This document shows positions 26,880 to 41,468 of a stretch of DNA of 64,000 nucleotides, piece after piece. The stretch lies in assembly GCA_026770705.1 (NCBI GenBank), contig JANJGN010000018.1, forward strand, positions 80,600,001 to 80,664,000. The letters are read 5' to 3'. Both the position numbers and the translations under genes were made by a program. Numbering within the stretch: position 1 is the stretch's first letter; each line of letters begins with the position of its first letter. Origin of the DNA: Isurus oxyrinchus. Lineage: Eukaryota. A model generated the notes under the pieces. The model saw only the letters and a list, made by a program, of their open reading frames with translations. It searched no databases and was not told where the DNA came from.

Positions 26880-28700
26880 GTCCATCCGGGTCCGGATGGA
26901 CTTCAGCCTAGGGTCATAAACAAGGTGGCAATTGAGGTATTAAATGCGTTGGTGTTAATTTTCCAAAATTCACCATATTCTGGACAGGGTCCATCAGAAT
27001 GGAAAGTAGAAACTATAACCCCTCTATTCAAGAAGGAAGGGAGGCAGAAAACAAGAAACTATAGGGCAGTTACTTGATGTCTGTAGTGGGAAAGTGTTAC
27101 AATCGATCATTAAGGAGATTATAGCTGGGCACTTTGAAAAACTCAAGGTAATCTGGAAGAGCCAGCATGGTTTTGTGAAAGGGAAATCATGTTTAACCAA
27201 TATACTGGAGTTCTTTGAAGGAGTAATATGCACTGTGGATAAAGGGAAGCCTGTAAACGTGCTGTACTTGGATTTCCAGAAGGCATTTGATAAGGTGCCA
27301 CATCAAAGGTTATTGCGAAAGATAAATGCTCATGGTGGAGGGGGTAACATATTAGCATGGATAGAAGATTGGCTGGCTGGCGGAAAACAGAGAGTATGCA
27401 TAAATAGGTCTTTTTCTGACTGGCAGGATGTGGTGAGTAGGGTCCCCCAAAGGTCTGTGCTGGGGCCTCAACTTTTTACAATTTACATCAATGACGTAGG
27501 TAAGAGGAGCAAAGGCATGGTAGCTAAATTTGCAGATTTCACAAAGATAGGTAGGAAAGTAGGATGTGAAGAGGACATAAGAAGCTTGCAGATGGATATA
27601 GATAGGTTGAGTGAGTGGGCAAAAATCTGGCAGATGGAGTATAATGTGGGAAAATGTTAAGTTGTTCATTTTAGCAAGAAGAATAAATAAAGAGTATTAT
27701 TTAAATGGAGAACAACTGCAGAATTCTGAGGTGCAGAGGGATCTAGGTGTTCCAGTGTATGAGTCACAAGAAGTTAGTATGTGGGTACAGCAAGTAATTA
27801 AGAATGCTAATGGAAAGCTATCCTTTATTACGAGAGGGATTGAACATAAAAGTGAGGATAAAAACAAAAAACTGTGGATGCTGGAAATCCAAAACAAAAA
27901 CAGAATTACCTGGAAAAACTCAGCAGGTCTGGCAGCATCGGTGGAGAAGAAAAGAATTGACGTTTCAAGTCCTCATGACCCTTCAACGGAACTGATTGAA
28001 TATTAGAAGAGGGGTGAAATATAAGCTGGCTTAAGGTGGTGGTGGGGGGTTGGGGGGGGTGGGGGGTGGAGTGGGGGTGGGGCGGGGGGGGTCGTGTGGT
28101 TGGAGGGACAAGCAAGCAGTGATAGGAGCAGATAATCAAAAGATGTCACAGACAATGGAACAAAGAAGTGTTGAAGGTGGTGATATTATCTAAATGAATG
28201 TGCTAATTAAGAATGGATGGTAGGGCACTCAAGCTACAGCTCTAGTGGAGGTGGGGTGGAAAGGCTAGCCCGGCATACAAGATTTAAAAATAATGTAAAT
28301 AGGTGCGAAAAGAAAAATCTATATAAATTATTGGAAAAAACAAAAGGAAGGGGGAAGAAATGGAAAGGGGGTGGAGATGGAGGAGGGAGTTCTGTTCTGT
28401 TGAAGGGTCATGAGGACTCAAAACGTCAACTCTTTTCTTCTCCACCAATGCTGCCAGATCTGCTGAGTTTATGAAAGTAAGGATGTTATTCTTCAGTTAC
28501 ACAGGGCATTGGTAAGACCATATCTCGAATACTGTGTGCAGTTTTCGTCTCCTTATTTAAGGAAGGATGTAAATATGTTGCAGGTGATTCAGAGGAGGTT
28601 TACTAGATTGATACCGGGAATGAGTGGGTTGTCTTATGAGGAAAGGTTGGATAGACTGGGCTTGTTTCCACTGGAGTTTAGAAGAGTGAGGGGTGACCAG
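26880..28700 (+). mobile_element. CR1 ORF2 RT region interrupted by a PLE insertion
   Basis: QHGFVKGKSCLTNILEFFE, YLDFQKAFDKVPH, VPQRSVLGPQLF, KFAD, VRPYLEYCVQF. Confidence 0.92.
27860..28470 (-). mobile_element. PLE 3' insertion with inverted terminal-repeat copy and 14-bp TSD
   Basis: ATAAAAGTGAGGAT (27846-27859) and ATGAAAGTAAGGAT (28471-28484). Hammerhead-like motifs near 27955-27993 (minus) and 28394-28431 (plus). Confidence 0.85.
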
Positions 28701-29695
28701 TGACCATAAGTGCCCAGCCATAACCTCCTTAATGATCGATTCTAATAACTTGACGTTTGTTTTGGAGAAGTTAACTGGCCTATAGTTTCCTGTTTTCTGC
28801 CTCCCTCCCTTCTTGAATAGAGGGGTTATATTTGCTACTTTCCACTCTGATGGAACCTTTCCAGAATCTAGCGAACTTTGGAAAATTAACACCAGCACAT
28901 CAACTACCTCATTAGCCACCTCTTTTAAGACCCTAGGATGTGGTCCATCGGGACCCAGAGACTTGCCAGCCTGCAGCTCCATCAATTTACTCAGTACTGT
29001 TTCCCTAGTGATTTCAATTTCACCAAGTTCTTTTCTCCCGTTCACCACTTGATTTGCAGCTATTACTGGAATGTTTTTTGTATCCTCTATAGTGAACACA
29101 GAAGCAAAATATTTGTTCATTTCTTCTGCCATTTCCTTATTATCTACTATTAACTCCCCACTGTCACTCTCTAGAGGACCAATGCTCATCTTACTTACTT
29201 TTTTCCTTTTTAAATACCTGTAGAAACTCTTGCTATCCATTTTTACATTTCTAACTACCTTCCTCTCATACTCTAATTTCCTTCTCCTGATTAATCTTTT
29301 AGCCTTTCTCTGCTGTTCTTTATATTCTGTCCAATCATCTGTCCTGCCACTCATCTTTGCAGAGTTGTATGCTTTTTCCTTAAATTTGATGCTTCCCTTA
29401 ACTTCTCTAGTTAACCACGGAATTTTTCGTTATAGTAGGAATGTACTTATTCTGAATACTCTGAAATATCCCATTAAATGTTTGCCACTGCTTCTTTGTT
29501 GATCTAAACTCTAGCCTAGTTTCCCAACTCATTTCAACTAGCTCAACTTTCATCCCCACATAGTTGCCCTTATTTAAGTTTAAGATACTAGTCTTAGACC
29601 CACTCTTCTCCCTTTCAAATTGGATGTAAAATTCAATCATATTGGGGTCGCTGCTACCTAGCAATGCCTTTACTCTGAGGTCATGAATTAATCCT
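28701..29695 (-). mobile_element. CR1 ORF2 fragment (endonuclease end to RT start)
   Basis: KSLGPDGPHPRVLKE, WKVANITPLFKKG, NYRPV in ORF 28557-29354; LGSSD in ORF 29407-29856. Confidence 0.92.
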
Positions 29696-30204
29696 GGTCT
29701 AAAGATGTGAAAAAAAGACACTAACTGTGCATGTGGCCATTCTCCGGCTGTCACATGCACAAGAGTCACCAGAAAGGAAAAAAAAACACAACCTTCACAT
29801 GTGACCATTCTACGTCTAGCGCATGCACAGAAACCCCAAAGCTCGTTGGGAACCACGACTCTGATTTAAACTTAAGGTTTTTTTTCTTGGAGGCTCTTCA
29901 CACTATCGGTACTGCTAACTCTGGAAATTATTATTCCAACCAACATTGGACCAGATCTCCCAGTCAGTGATGATTCTGGGTGCATCACCACTGCCCATGA
30001 AGAATCCTGCGCCCGGACCTTTTAGCACTTTTTCAGTCAGGACTTCTGATCCTGGCTGCAGCAGCATTGGGTCAGTGCAGCGTCTCAAGGAGAAGACCTG
30101 TGAGCACAGGAGAAGATGGGTGATGAGAGGACATGCCCCCTTTTTACAACATTAGCTGATGTATTCAGGTACGTTTTTAAAGATATCAAGTCTTTCAGTG
30201 ATTG

Positions 30205-30683
30205 TGTGAGTAAGTGTGTGGGTGAGTGAGTGAGCGAGTGGCTGACTGACTGACTGAGTGGCTGAATGAGTGAATGAATTGGGAGTCAGTGAGTGAGTGG
30301 ATGAAAGTTGAGTGGGTGAGTGAGTCAGTGAGTGAGTGGGTGAAAGTGAGTAGGTGGCTGAGTGAGTGACTAACCGGGTGAGTGAATAAGTGGGTGAGTG
30401 AGTGAGTCAGTCAGTCAGTGAGTGACTGGGTGAGTGAATGAGTGGGTGAGTGAGTAAGTGAGTGAGTCAGTCAGTCAGTCAGTCAGCCAGTGACTGGGTG
30501 AGTGAATAAGTGGGTGAGTGAGTGAGTGAGTCAGTCAGTCAGTCAGGGAGTGAGTGAATGAGTGGGTGAGTCAGTCAGTCAGTCAGTCAGTCAGTCAGAG
30601 AGTGAGTGGGTGAGTGAATGAGTGGGTGAGTGAGTAAGTGAGTGAGTGAGTCAGTCAGTCAGTCAGCCAGTGACTGGGTGAGT
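30205..30683. repeat. Compound (GAGT)n/(CAGT)n microsatellite with higher-order units
   Basis: Directly visible; runs into the N-gap at 30684-30821. Confidence 0.95.
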
Positions 30684-31104
30684 NNNNNNNNNNNNNNNNN
30701 NNNNNNNNNNNNNNNNNNNNNNNNNNNNNNNNNNNNNNNNNNNNNNNNNNNNNNNNNNNNNNNNNNNNNNNNNNNNNNNNNNNNNNNNNNNNNNNNNNNN
30801 NNNNNNNNNNNNNNNNNNNNNGAGCCAGTGGGTGAATAATTGAGTGGTGAGATGGAAGCGGTTAGTAGGGTTAGGGGGTGATTGGGTCAGGTTGGGGAGA
30901 GTAGTTGGGTTGTCTCATGGATGTTGTCGTGTCAGGGGGAAACTCAGGCCGGAGGGGGTAGTCAGGTTGGCCTGGGGTTAGTCAGGTTGCGGGGGGGGAT
31001 AATCGGGTTGGAGGGTAGTTGAATTGGGGAGGTAGTCGGATTGCGTCGGGGTGTAGTCAGGTGAGGGGGTAGTTGGATCGAAGAGGGGGGCGCATTGCTT
31101 GCTG

Positions 31105-32275
31105 CTTCATTACTCTTGCAGCGTAACCCCCTTGCAATAAATGCTAATATGCCATTTACCTTATTAATTTCTGGCTTTACCTGCATGTTAACATTCATGA
31201 TTCACATATAAGAACACCCAAATCCCTCCAAATATAAGAATTTACTAGTCTGTCACCTTTTAAAAAGGATTCTGCTTTTCCATTCTTCCTATCATTGTAA
31301 CAGTGGCTACATTTGAAAAATACTTCACTGGCTGAAATGTGCTTTGGAACAACCTGAGGTGAAAGGCCAGTCCTTCTTGCTTTCTTTACCACAGTCAATA
31401 ACCTCACACATCCCCACATTTTACCCAATATGCCCCCTAGTTCCTCACTCACTTAACCTGTCTCTATCCCTCTGCAGCCTCTTGACTTTCCCATCCAACT
31501 TTGTATTGTCAGCAAACCTGAATATGTTACACTTGGTCCCCTCACCCAATTCATTGAGTTAGATTGAAAAAGTCAAGGCCCAAGTACGGATCCTCGCTTA
31601 TTCCTACTCTTTGTTTTCTGTTCATTAACCCAATCTTCATTCCGTGCATATTAACCACAATCCCATGAGTCCTAATCTCAGGTAACATTTGGCACTTTGC
31701 CAAAATCCTTTCTGACAAAGAAACTATGTCCATTAGCTCTCCTTTATCTACCCTGCTAGTTACACCCTCAGAAAATTCTAATAGATTGGTCAAATCCGAT
31801 TTCTATCTTATAAGATCACATTGACTCTTCCAAATCATATTGTGATTTCCCAAATGCCCTGTTAGCACATAATTGATTCTAGTACTTTCCCTTCTGCTGA
31901 TGTCAGGTTAACTGGCCTACAGTTCCCTGGATTCTCACTCCTTCCTCTCTTGAAAATGGGTGTATATCTGATTCCTTCAAATCCATGGGGACCTTTCTAA
32001 AACTGAAGGAATTCAGGAGAGTCAAACCCAATGCATCCACGTTCTCTGCAGCTGCCTCTTTGAAAACCTTCACGTGTAGGCCATCTGGTGTGAGGAATTT
32101 GTCAGATTTTAGTCCAATTGATTTCTCCAGCACTTTTTCTTTACCAATATTAATTATTTTGAGATTCTCAGACACATTAGGCCATTGATTCCCCATAATT
32201 TCCAATATGTTCTTTGTTTTTTTCTACCATGAAGAAAGACACAAAATAATTGTTTAATGCCTCTGCCATTTCCTT
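31105..32275 (-). mobile_element. Old CR1 fragments
   Basis: TNLLEFSEGVTSRVDKG, PDGLHVKVFKE, WRDLGVL. Confidence 0.8.
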
Positions 32276-32879
32276 TACTGTAAGGTGACTAATTAACCAA
32301 GTCTCTGCTCAATCTTAGGTCTAAAATAACCTGTTCTTTAGCTGGTTTCTCAACATATTGGGCTCAAAAGTTGTTTTGAATGTTTCTGATATCCTGTATT
32401 CACATCCTCTAATGCTCCTGCTTTGACACTAACGATAACATAATCATTGCACAAGAGGTTCAGCTACTCCTCTTGCTGCATATACAGGGATATCACATGT
32501 AAGCTGTGACTATTGTGCAAAAGACATAGTTCAGATGGCAAAATTCTGTATGAAGATATTTTATTAAAGTTAACATTAACAAAGTAATCACTTTTTTACT
32601 AAAGGTAACAGTATTAATATGATAACTAATAATAGATCTGTTGTATAAAATAAAAATCATTCAATTACAATCATTACTCCCATGATAAATGGGACCCAGG
32701 CCAAATGGTGAATGATGAAGCTAGATGCAAATCCTTTTCTTGATAATAGATTTATTTACAGAATGCAGCAGCACATATGTCTGCTGTCTGCCTACTGTGT
32801 CCCAGCAGTCTCGCTTTATGTCCTTTTGAGCAGAAGTTAAAACAAATTATCTAATAAACTAATTAACTAGTGATCAAGG

Positions 32880-33290
32880 GGCACTGGAACCAAAAATAAA
32901 ATCTTCAATTGAAACATAACAAATTAAATTAAAATGTAATTTCCGGGACAAATGATGCACTCCAACCCCTGTCGTGCCCACCCGATGCGGAAGGTCTTAA
33001 GCATACCGGTGGACACTGCATGCTCCCTCTCCAAGAACACCCAGGCACTGACATAGTTGCAGAAGGATGCAGTTGGGCCAAATGACCCCGCCTCCCCTCA
33101 CCCCCCGGATTGTCCACTGCTTGGACCTTTTGATGACCTCCTTGGCCAGCCCAGGATCAGGGTTACAAGGAGGATCCCCACCCTGCCCACTCCACATCAC
33201 CAGTCGACCAAAGATCAAGGCCGTGGGGCTAAAGTGCAAACGGAAGTTAAGGAGCAGCCTCTGCAAAAATTGGAACAGGGACTCAGTCTC
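32880..33290 (-). mobile_element. Tx1/L1-group LINE 3' end
   Basis: LLLNFRLHFSPTALIFG...GLAKEVIKRS..., then LEREHAVSTG..F...W and a T-rich tail on the minus strand. Confidence 0.7.
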
Positions 33291-33419
33291 TCTTATCCTC
33301 CTTTGAAGAGAACATTACAGTCATTTTAAAATGGCATCATGTATCTATGTTTAAAAATTCACCTTAATTTTACATAGTTTCAAAAGCCCATCAGGTAAAA
33401 ATTTGTTGTTGTGTGTTTT

Positions 33420-36197
33420 TGGGTGCAGGGGAAGCATCATGCTGCCTCCTCATTAGAATGATTTCTGCTTGCAGTCCAGCTTCTGACTGGCTGCTCACAC
33501 AACAGGAAGCTTAACAGCATGTGAGGCCAGCAAGTGCTAGCTCTCTGCTCTTAAAGCCAATCTGATCCTCCTGAAAGGAAGCTGCAATGAAATACAGGAG
33601 AATGTTGCTGAATACCAGCGCTGCCACTGATAATAAATAGAGCACCAGGACAGAGAGATGGCTCTGCACTGGAGACATTGGTCAAGGAGGTGGACAGAGG
33701 AGAGAGGCCATGTTTCCTTGGGAGGCCAGGAGACCCTCAATGATGCCCCTGAAGTGAGAGAGAGCAGGTGTTCAGGAAGGTCAATTGCCCTACAACCTGG
33801 CAGCAATGTCAGGATAAATTTAATGTCCTCACACTAGTGGTCAAGGTCAATGCATCTGCATGTGCCATCTCCTGCCTACTAAATAACTCACTTCTCATAC
33901 TGTTCAATGTAGCACACACCCACCACTCACCCGACAGGACTCCCTGGCACTGAGAACTCATGCCCAACATTTACATACTTCAACAATAGCTTCATGAGCC
34001 TTCTATAGATCCCAGACTCACAGCCACCTCTCGCCATCTCCGCAAACCTCCACCTATTCATCTGCAGCAGGCATAACACCCAAACACAGCGCAATACAAT
34101 CACTGACATCGTTCCCTTTCTTGTACGACAAGTCATGTACAACAGAAGGGAGCAACAGAGAAGCAGTGGGAGCCAGGTACAACTTCATCTACGGAGCTTG
34201 ATGGAGGAGATGGTGCTCCATATCATGGGGCCGGCTGCAACAGAGAGCGTAACATCCAGCATCACCAAGATAATTCATGTTGCTGCTTTATGGTCCTTCT
34301 CAAACGTCACCTCACCCTCATCCTGCTCTCTGACATGATGTGCAAGCTGCTGATGGTGTGACCATGGACCTCTTGCTTTCCACCCTATCAACCACCTTCC
34401 ACACCCCAATGCCCCCCTTCTGACTGTACGCTTTCAAATTCCCAAAAGCTGTGACCAGCCCAGCCACAGCGCACCCAGGAGGAAGAGAGACAGCAAACCC
34501 ACACCAGCGATGAGGTGACACCATCACTTAGTCTGACACTGACGACACCAACGCAGATACTGGGACTGTGCATGCATCAGAGGTTAATACAGATCCTGGA
34601 TCAGTACATGCTGAGTCACTGAGCACAAGTGGGTTACAGCGAGGCCAAGGGGAAAGGGCAGTGAATGTGCCACCTCACTGGAGGAAAAGTCACACATGAG
34701 TTCTGCTGCAGAGGATTCTTATGAGGACGTTGATGGGATGGTCTACAGAAAATGCTGATGAGCATGCACACTGAATGCTTGGTGTACTGGCCTCTTGTCA
34801 CTGTTGAGGAGCCTGGAGGTGGCAGAGGGCATCACCTAGAGCTTGGAGCATATCCTTTCCACTGTGAAAGTGGTGGCCAACTCCATGATAGCACTAGTGG
34901 TCCCAGCCGTGATGCAGAGGATGGTAACTGCAGCTTCCACTGCAGCACAGGTGGAAGGAATCCAAAATCTCAGTGCAACATCTCAAGTGTCATTAGCCAC
35001 CTGTAGAGAGGGCAGCCATTGTCCTGAGGAGACACCACCTGCTTCTCCATGAAGGGCAAAGATAGTGGGGACAGCAGACATGGCTTCTGCCAGGATAGTG
35101 GGCGTTCACTGACATGATGTACATGGTCACACACAAACTGTACATCGTTAGAATGGTCACCCTTGTGGTTCCAGTTCCTCTCCACATTGTCATGGGGGCC
35201 CACATGTGTACAACTATTAGTGTTCTGATCCGTTGGAAATCCCACCATCATGGCAATGCCACATGCCCTCTCATCCTGCTTCTACCAGCTGAGGGACAAA
35301 ATGATGCACTCGGCTTTCCTGGTATCAATGGCTTCAGTCACCTCCCAGATGGTCTGATTACGGGAGATGTTGAAAATGTTATCCGCTCCCACTCAGAAAA
35401 TTCCGGACACTCAAAAGTCCAATTTTTACAGCGGCTGGCAGTGTCATCTTCACCCTGATGCAAGGCTCTAGGTCGGGTTGGAGGTGGCACTGCTCTGTCG
35501 CTAATCTCCTTGTTGGATCTGATTGACCTCAGGCATTGTTTATGGATGAGGTGGAAAGCAGGACAAATGCTCATGAAAAGCCCCGTGGAGAGCCCTCCTT
35601 CTCCTCCCTCTTCACATGCTTCCTCTTTCTGCAGCCTTGGCTCCATTTTCTGGTCATGTTGCAGACCCAGAGACACAGCAACCATAGCCCCCATACAACA
35701 GGTATAATTGGGTCACCAAATCCTGTTGTCTCCCTGAATATATGCAGCATTTGTCCAAAACACAATCCACAGATCTTCCAATGGCTTTGTGTGGGCAGAA
35801 CAAAGTCAAATGCACTTTGCCTGGAAGTTGGTAACTGGCCCTATAACTAACATAAGTGGAGTCAGAGTGGGGTGTAGGGGAGTGCAGTGGGGAGGGGGTC
35901 CTCATGTTGCTGAATGCCTGTACAGTTGTAAGCCAATTGCACAGGCATTCAGTGGGCATAGGCAGACTAAGTTTGTAAAACAAGTGTCACATCACAACGG
36001 TTCTGTCACCATGATAGTTAGTCTCCTCAGATTTCCAGCTCACAGACAGCACGTGTGCGCTAACGCCCATCCCAAAATGGGTTACAGCTTGGGACCTGCC
36101 AGACATGGTCCATGCCCGACATGGTCACACCATTGTATGCCTTCAGGGCTGCCATACTACCAGCAGCAGTGATGCTATGGAAACCAATTTAGTGCCC
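33420..36197. mobile_element. Decayed PIF/Harbinger element (Myb/SANT gene plus strand 33600-35050, transposase remnant minus strand 35060-35730)
   Basis: TTWQQCQDKFNVL Myb-like motif. Convergent two-gene layout as in the other two Harbingers. TIR-like end AATTTAGTGCCC near 36197. Confidence 0.65.
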
Positions 36198-36275
36198 TAA
36201 AGAGATATTTCCTATTATTTAAATTTTGAATCATATGATAACCAAAATCTAGTTGAAACAGATCCAATACAGTAT

Positions 36276-36829
<554 letters not shown>

Positions 36830-38710
36830 CTAAAACAGAAAAGATAACATTATTTAACATGCTAAGCCACAAAGTTGCTGATGTTAATGGATATGAAGCT
36901 GAGGTGGGGGCACATCATTTCAAATAGCAAACCACATTCTCTCTCTGTGAAATAATTCTATCTAACTGAGCTAACAGAGATTAGAAGCTTGCCCTGTGGG
37001 AACAGATACGATGTTGAACATCACTGTTATTGAGTCACCAAAGTAAGAATTTCACTCTTTGTTTCCCTTAAACAGTCTATCTTTTTCCGCAAGCTTTCTC
37101 TGTTCCCTTTGTTAAGTGTCTCCCATTATTTTGCATGCTTCTCATTTCTGATTTATTTTAATTGTTTTGAAATCCAAAACTGTTGATAACATCAATTGGG
37201 TCAGATGCTGATACACAGACCAATCGGGGAGAGGGAAAGGCTGGATTGTGATAGTGGCCTGAGAGCTGCAGCAACACATGTGAAGGAGAGAAATTGGAAG
37301 CTAGATCTTGGAGAGGAGGCACTGCACAGAGTGAGACAGAGTAGGAATCAGGGTTAGGATTTGGGTCACTGTCAGAATGGGTCCAGAGCAATTGTCTCAA
37401 CTGCTTCTGATATGTGGGAAATGCTTCAAAATACACAGGGAAAAGAAAAAAAACTCAGGGTCTGTTATTGGGAGGGAGGTTGGAGCCCACGGTCTGGCAC
37501 TTGAGACTGTGATGGAGAAGCAGTGAGGAGACCACCTGAGATAAGGAGCAGTAAAACTGTCCAGTGTGTTACCAGTAACAAATAAAATGTTAACTAAAGG
37601 ACTCAAAACTTTTAAAGACGATAGATGGAATTTCAATTAATTTTACAATTAGTCTTTTGGCAGTACAGAGCTTGAGTATTGCTGAAGAAAGAGACATTGC
37701 TGACAAAAGAGAGATAGACTGATAGATAGGCAGGAAAACATATGCTTAGGGAAATTGTTAAGAAATAGAGATAGTTTAAGTAAGTTACATTTGTATTTGT
37801 GGATGTTAGGAATGAGTTTTAGCTTTAATGTTTAAGTTTTATTTATATTTCTGCATCTGTGTGCTAAGAAAAGGTCAAATTTAGTTTTAGTTTCACTTTT
37901 AAAGGTGCCTGCATTTTTAATGAGAGTTTTACAACTTTTGCAGCTAAGTTAAATGAACAAAAGTAGCAACAGGGGTCCAGAGAGGCAGGTCCCTCCCACA
38001 GACACGCATAGAAGAAACTAGAAACAGTTATTTGACTTGGAGGCTGTTTGAGTTCAGTTGGTTTTGAAAGTAACTGCCCGGAGAGAATGGAACAAAAGGG
38101 ACAAAAAGCCAGTCGCAAGGTCAAGAAAAGACACCAGAATCTGGGGGGGGGAACAGGAGAAAGTCCCAACCAGACCTTATAGTCAAAGGAAAGATATGAA
38201 CTTGGGAAAAGGTCCTGTTAAGTGAAGTTAAGAGTGAGGGGCAGAAAAAGGCTCCAAGCTTCAAGTTTAAGGCTTCAAGCTTAAAGAGATAAAGGCTTGA
38301 GAACTCAGAAGGTCCAAAGAGATGGCTCTAGGTCTGTAACTCTTTGCTATGGGCATGTGAAACAGTGGTGTACTGTTGACAGCTGAGTTGGTGAGACAGA
38401 GTGTGTGGAAGAAAGCTTGAATGTATGTGGTAACCCAGGAAAGAGGAACATCGGAAGGAGTGTTCGAAACCTTGGAGGCGAACGCTTGTGGTAGGCATCT
38501 GAGAGAAAGTGTCAGTTTGGGAGAATATTCCAAAGCGAGTTCTTGGAGAGTGGAGATTGGAAACCCTTGTGTAAAAGACGGAGTTCAGTGAAACTGGTTG
38601 GCTCATGCTGTGACAAGGCTCTGGGTGGGGGGAGAGTTGAGGAGAGATCCTTGGCATCTGGTTGAGGTGGCATCTGTCACTTGGTTTCAGAGTGTGGCGT
38701 GCCTGACTAC

Positions 38711-41468
38711 AGATGATGTGCCTCTGGAGTTGTCACCAATGCAGCAGCTGCAGGAGAGGCGGCAAGAAGTGCGTTTGCATCTGGCAGGGTTGCATGAGGG
38801 TATGCTTCAGTTGGTCTCTGTGATGGAGGAGTCCAAGCAGAGTGTAAGTGAAGGCATGAACCTCAGGGCAGAACTTCATGCTTCCTCCACTGAGAGATTG
38901 GCGACTCTCATGGAGAGGGGGTTCGATCAGATGGAAAATCTTCTGAATGGGTTATGCTCTGACCTGCAAGCCTTCACAGCGGTACTGGCCACGCGTGGTC
39001 ATTCCCAATGTGGGAGATGTTGTGGGCATCAAGCATCAGTACTCGGTGCCCATGCATCTGCGGTGAACAGGGAGGTCGAAAGGGACCTCACGTCGGCAGA
39101 GCAACTGCCTGTCATCTCTGCGAACTCCTCTCAGAACGATCCGGATGAGGGCAGCAGCTCCTCCACACCCCCCGCCACCCCCCCCGCCCCCTCCCCCCCC
39201 ACCACCACCGCCTCTGCCAGTGACCGTTGCATCCGTTAAGGCTGCAACAACTGGGGAGGTGCCAGCTCTGGAACTGGCCACTCCCTCCCAGGTGGGGCCA
39301 TCACAGGCTCCATGGGCCAGAGGACACCCACCAAGGTCATCAACACCAACAGGACAGCAGAGTCAGCAGGCTGTCTCACAAGCCACTCCGACCGATGGGG
39401 CGGCACCTAGACGTAGCACTCGCAAACAGAAGCATAAGGCACTTTAGGCACTCAACGGGTATGTCACTGGTGATTCTGTGTTGGCCTTAGAATAGGGAAA
39501 ATATACTTATGTTTGTCATAGAGACGTTTCTGTTGCATGTTGGACAGAATAAAGTCCACTTTTCTGACCATGGCTGAGGTTGTTTCCTTTGTGATGCATT
39601 TGTATGTTTCACAGACATCTCATGAGTGTTTGAGTGGGCATTGATGTTTCTGTACTGAGTCCTTAGTTGCAGCTGATGAGATGGAAGATGTAGCACCTAA
39701 GTGCCGTGTGTGGAAGCGCCAGGCAATGCTGGTCCTGCTGATCCATGTGTGTGGAGCTAGGAGAAGGTTTGTTGGATTAAATTGCCCCGGGTGTCCCCGA
39801 CTCCTTGGTATAATAGCGGGTCGGCGTGCTGCCTCTCATCATCACCCTGTGCTTCCTCATCCTCTGAGCCACTGCTAGATTCATCATGTGCAGCCTCATC
39901 CACTGCTTCAAGGTCTTCATTGTCAACTGCATCCCCCCTTTCCAAGGCAAGATTGTGCATAGTGCAGCATGCTACCACTATCAGAGAGATGCGATCTAGG
40001 GGGTACTGGTGTGCCCCCCTGAACAGTCCAGGCAACAGAAGCGCATCTTGAGAAGACCGATGGCTCTCTCCACCACAGCCCTTGTGGTGCCCTGGCTCCT
40101 ATCGTACTGCTGCTCAGCTTCTGTTCTTGGATGGTGGAGAGGCGTCATGAGCCACCTTCGGTGGGGATAGCCCTTGTCACCCAGCAGCCAATCATCCAGC
40201 CGAGCTGAAGCACTGAAGAGCCCCGGCACCTGGGAGTGTCTGAAGATGTAGGCATCATGGGAGCTGCCTGGGTACCTTGCACAGACTTGTAGAATCAGCA
40301 TCCTGTGATCACACACTATCTGCACGTTCATGGAGTGGAAGCCCTTCCTATTGAGAAGGCACCGGGCTCACCTGCTGGCGCCATGATGGCCACACATGTT
40401 CAGACTATAGCACTCTAGACGTGGGGGAAGCAAGCAATGGCTGCAAAGCCTCTGGCTCGCTGTGCCTGACTTGACTGGTCGCAGCAGAAGTGGATGAAGG
40501 TCAATACCCATCTGAACAGAGCATCTGTAACCTGCTTGACACAACTGTGGACAGCTGATTGGGAGACACCGCAATGATCACCCACCAAGCCCTGGAAGGA
40601 GCCAGAGGCATAGACGTTAAGGGCAACTGTGTCCTTCAGAGCCGCTGGGATGGGGTGTCCACCTACACAGATAGGAGATATCTCAGGGCCAATCATCTGA
40701 CAGATATAGTTGACTGTCTCCCTTGAGAGTCGGAGCCTCCTTCAGCATTGCACCTCAGTCATATTGAGGTAGCTGCTTCGCCGCTTGTATACCCTGGCAG
40801 CAGGATAGTGGCATCTTCTGCGGCCCCTTCCACCTTGGACAACCTCTTGGCCCTGCAGCCCTTGTGCCTGCGCCTGACCTTCCAAAGGTGGCTCCCCTGG
40901 AGGCTGATTGTTCTGTCCTGGCCTCCTCCTTATTCTATCCCTCCCTTACTCCTCAGAGGAGCTACCTCCACTGGAGATGTCAGAACCCATAGTCCCAGGC
41001 TAAATGGAGGCCTCCAGAAAACTGTAGGCCCGAGAAAGATAACGGTCTGCTGACTGGTTTCAAAGTTGTACACAAAAGGCTCTTGGAAATCGATGTGAAC
41101 TGCAACAATCACACAGGCAAATTTAAAACACTTTCTGCATTAAATACTTCATGGAAAACAAGAACAACCCCTCTGAGTCCACATATCCCACTAGTGCATG
41201 AGTTTTAATAAAAAATCTCCTACCTGCCTGCCCGTTGGGCCCATGCGCCGAGCCAAAGTTCACAGGGGCCCCTCAAAATCGTCGACAATTGGCAAATTAA
41301 GGGCCTTAACGAGGCCTTTAATTAATGGCGGGTGAGCGTCCCGCTGCTGTGCGCACCCGTCGGCCGAAATATCGCGATGCCACGCACTGACATCGGGACG
41401 CTTGCATGACATTCTAAGCGCTGACGAGCGGGTTCCGCCACCTGCGTGTCAGCCAGAAAATTCTGCCC
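38711..41468 (-). mobile_element. PIF/Harbinger element inserted in the 5' LTR (HARBI1-like transposase minus 39757-40990; truncated second ORF plus 38711-39447)
   Basis: [61 protein letters not shown]; frameshifted. TIR AAAATTCTGCCC at 41457-41468. Confidence 0.92.

Noticed and set aside
39757-40990. Domesticated HARBI1 host gene (also 53700-54916)
   Set aside because: Multi-copy, frameshifted, with a TIR and a partner Myb gene; these are transposon copies.
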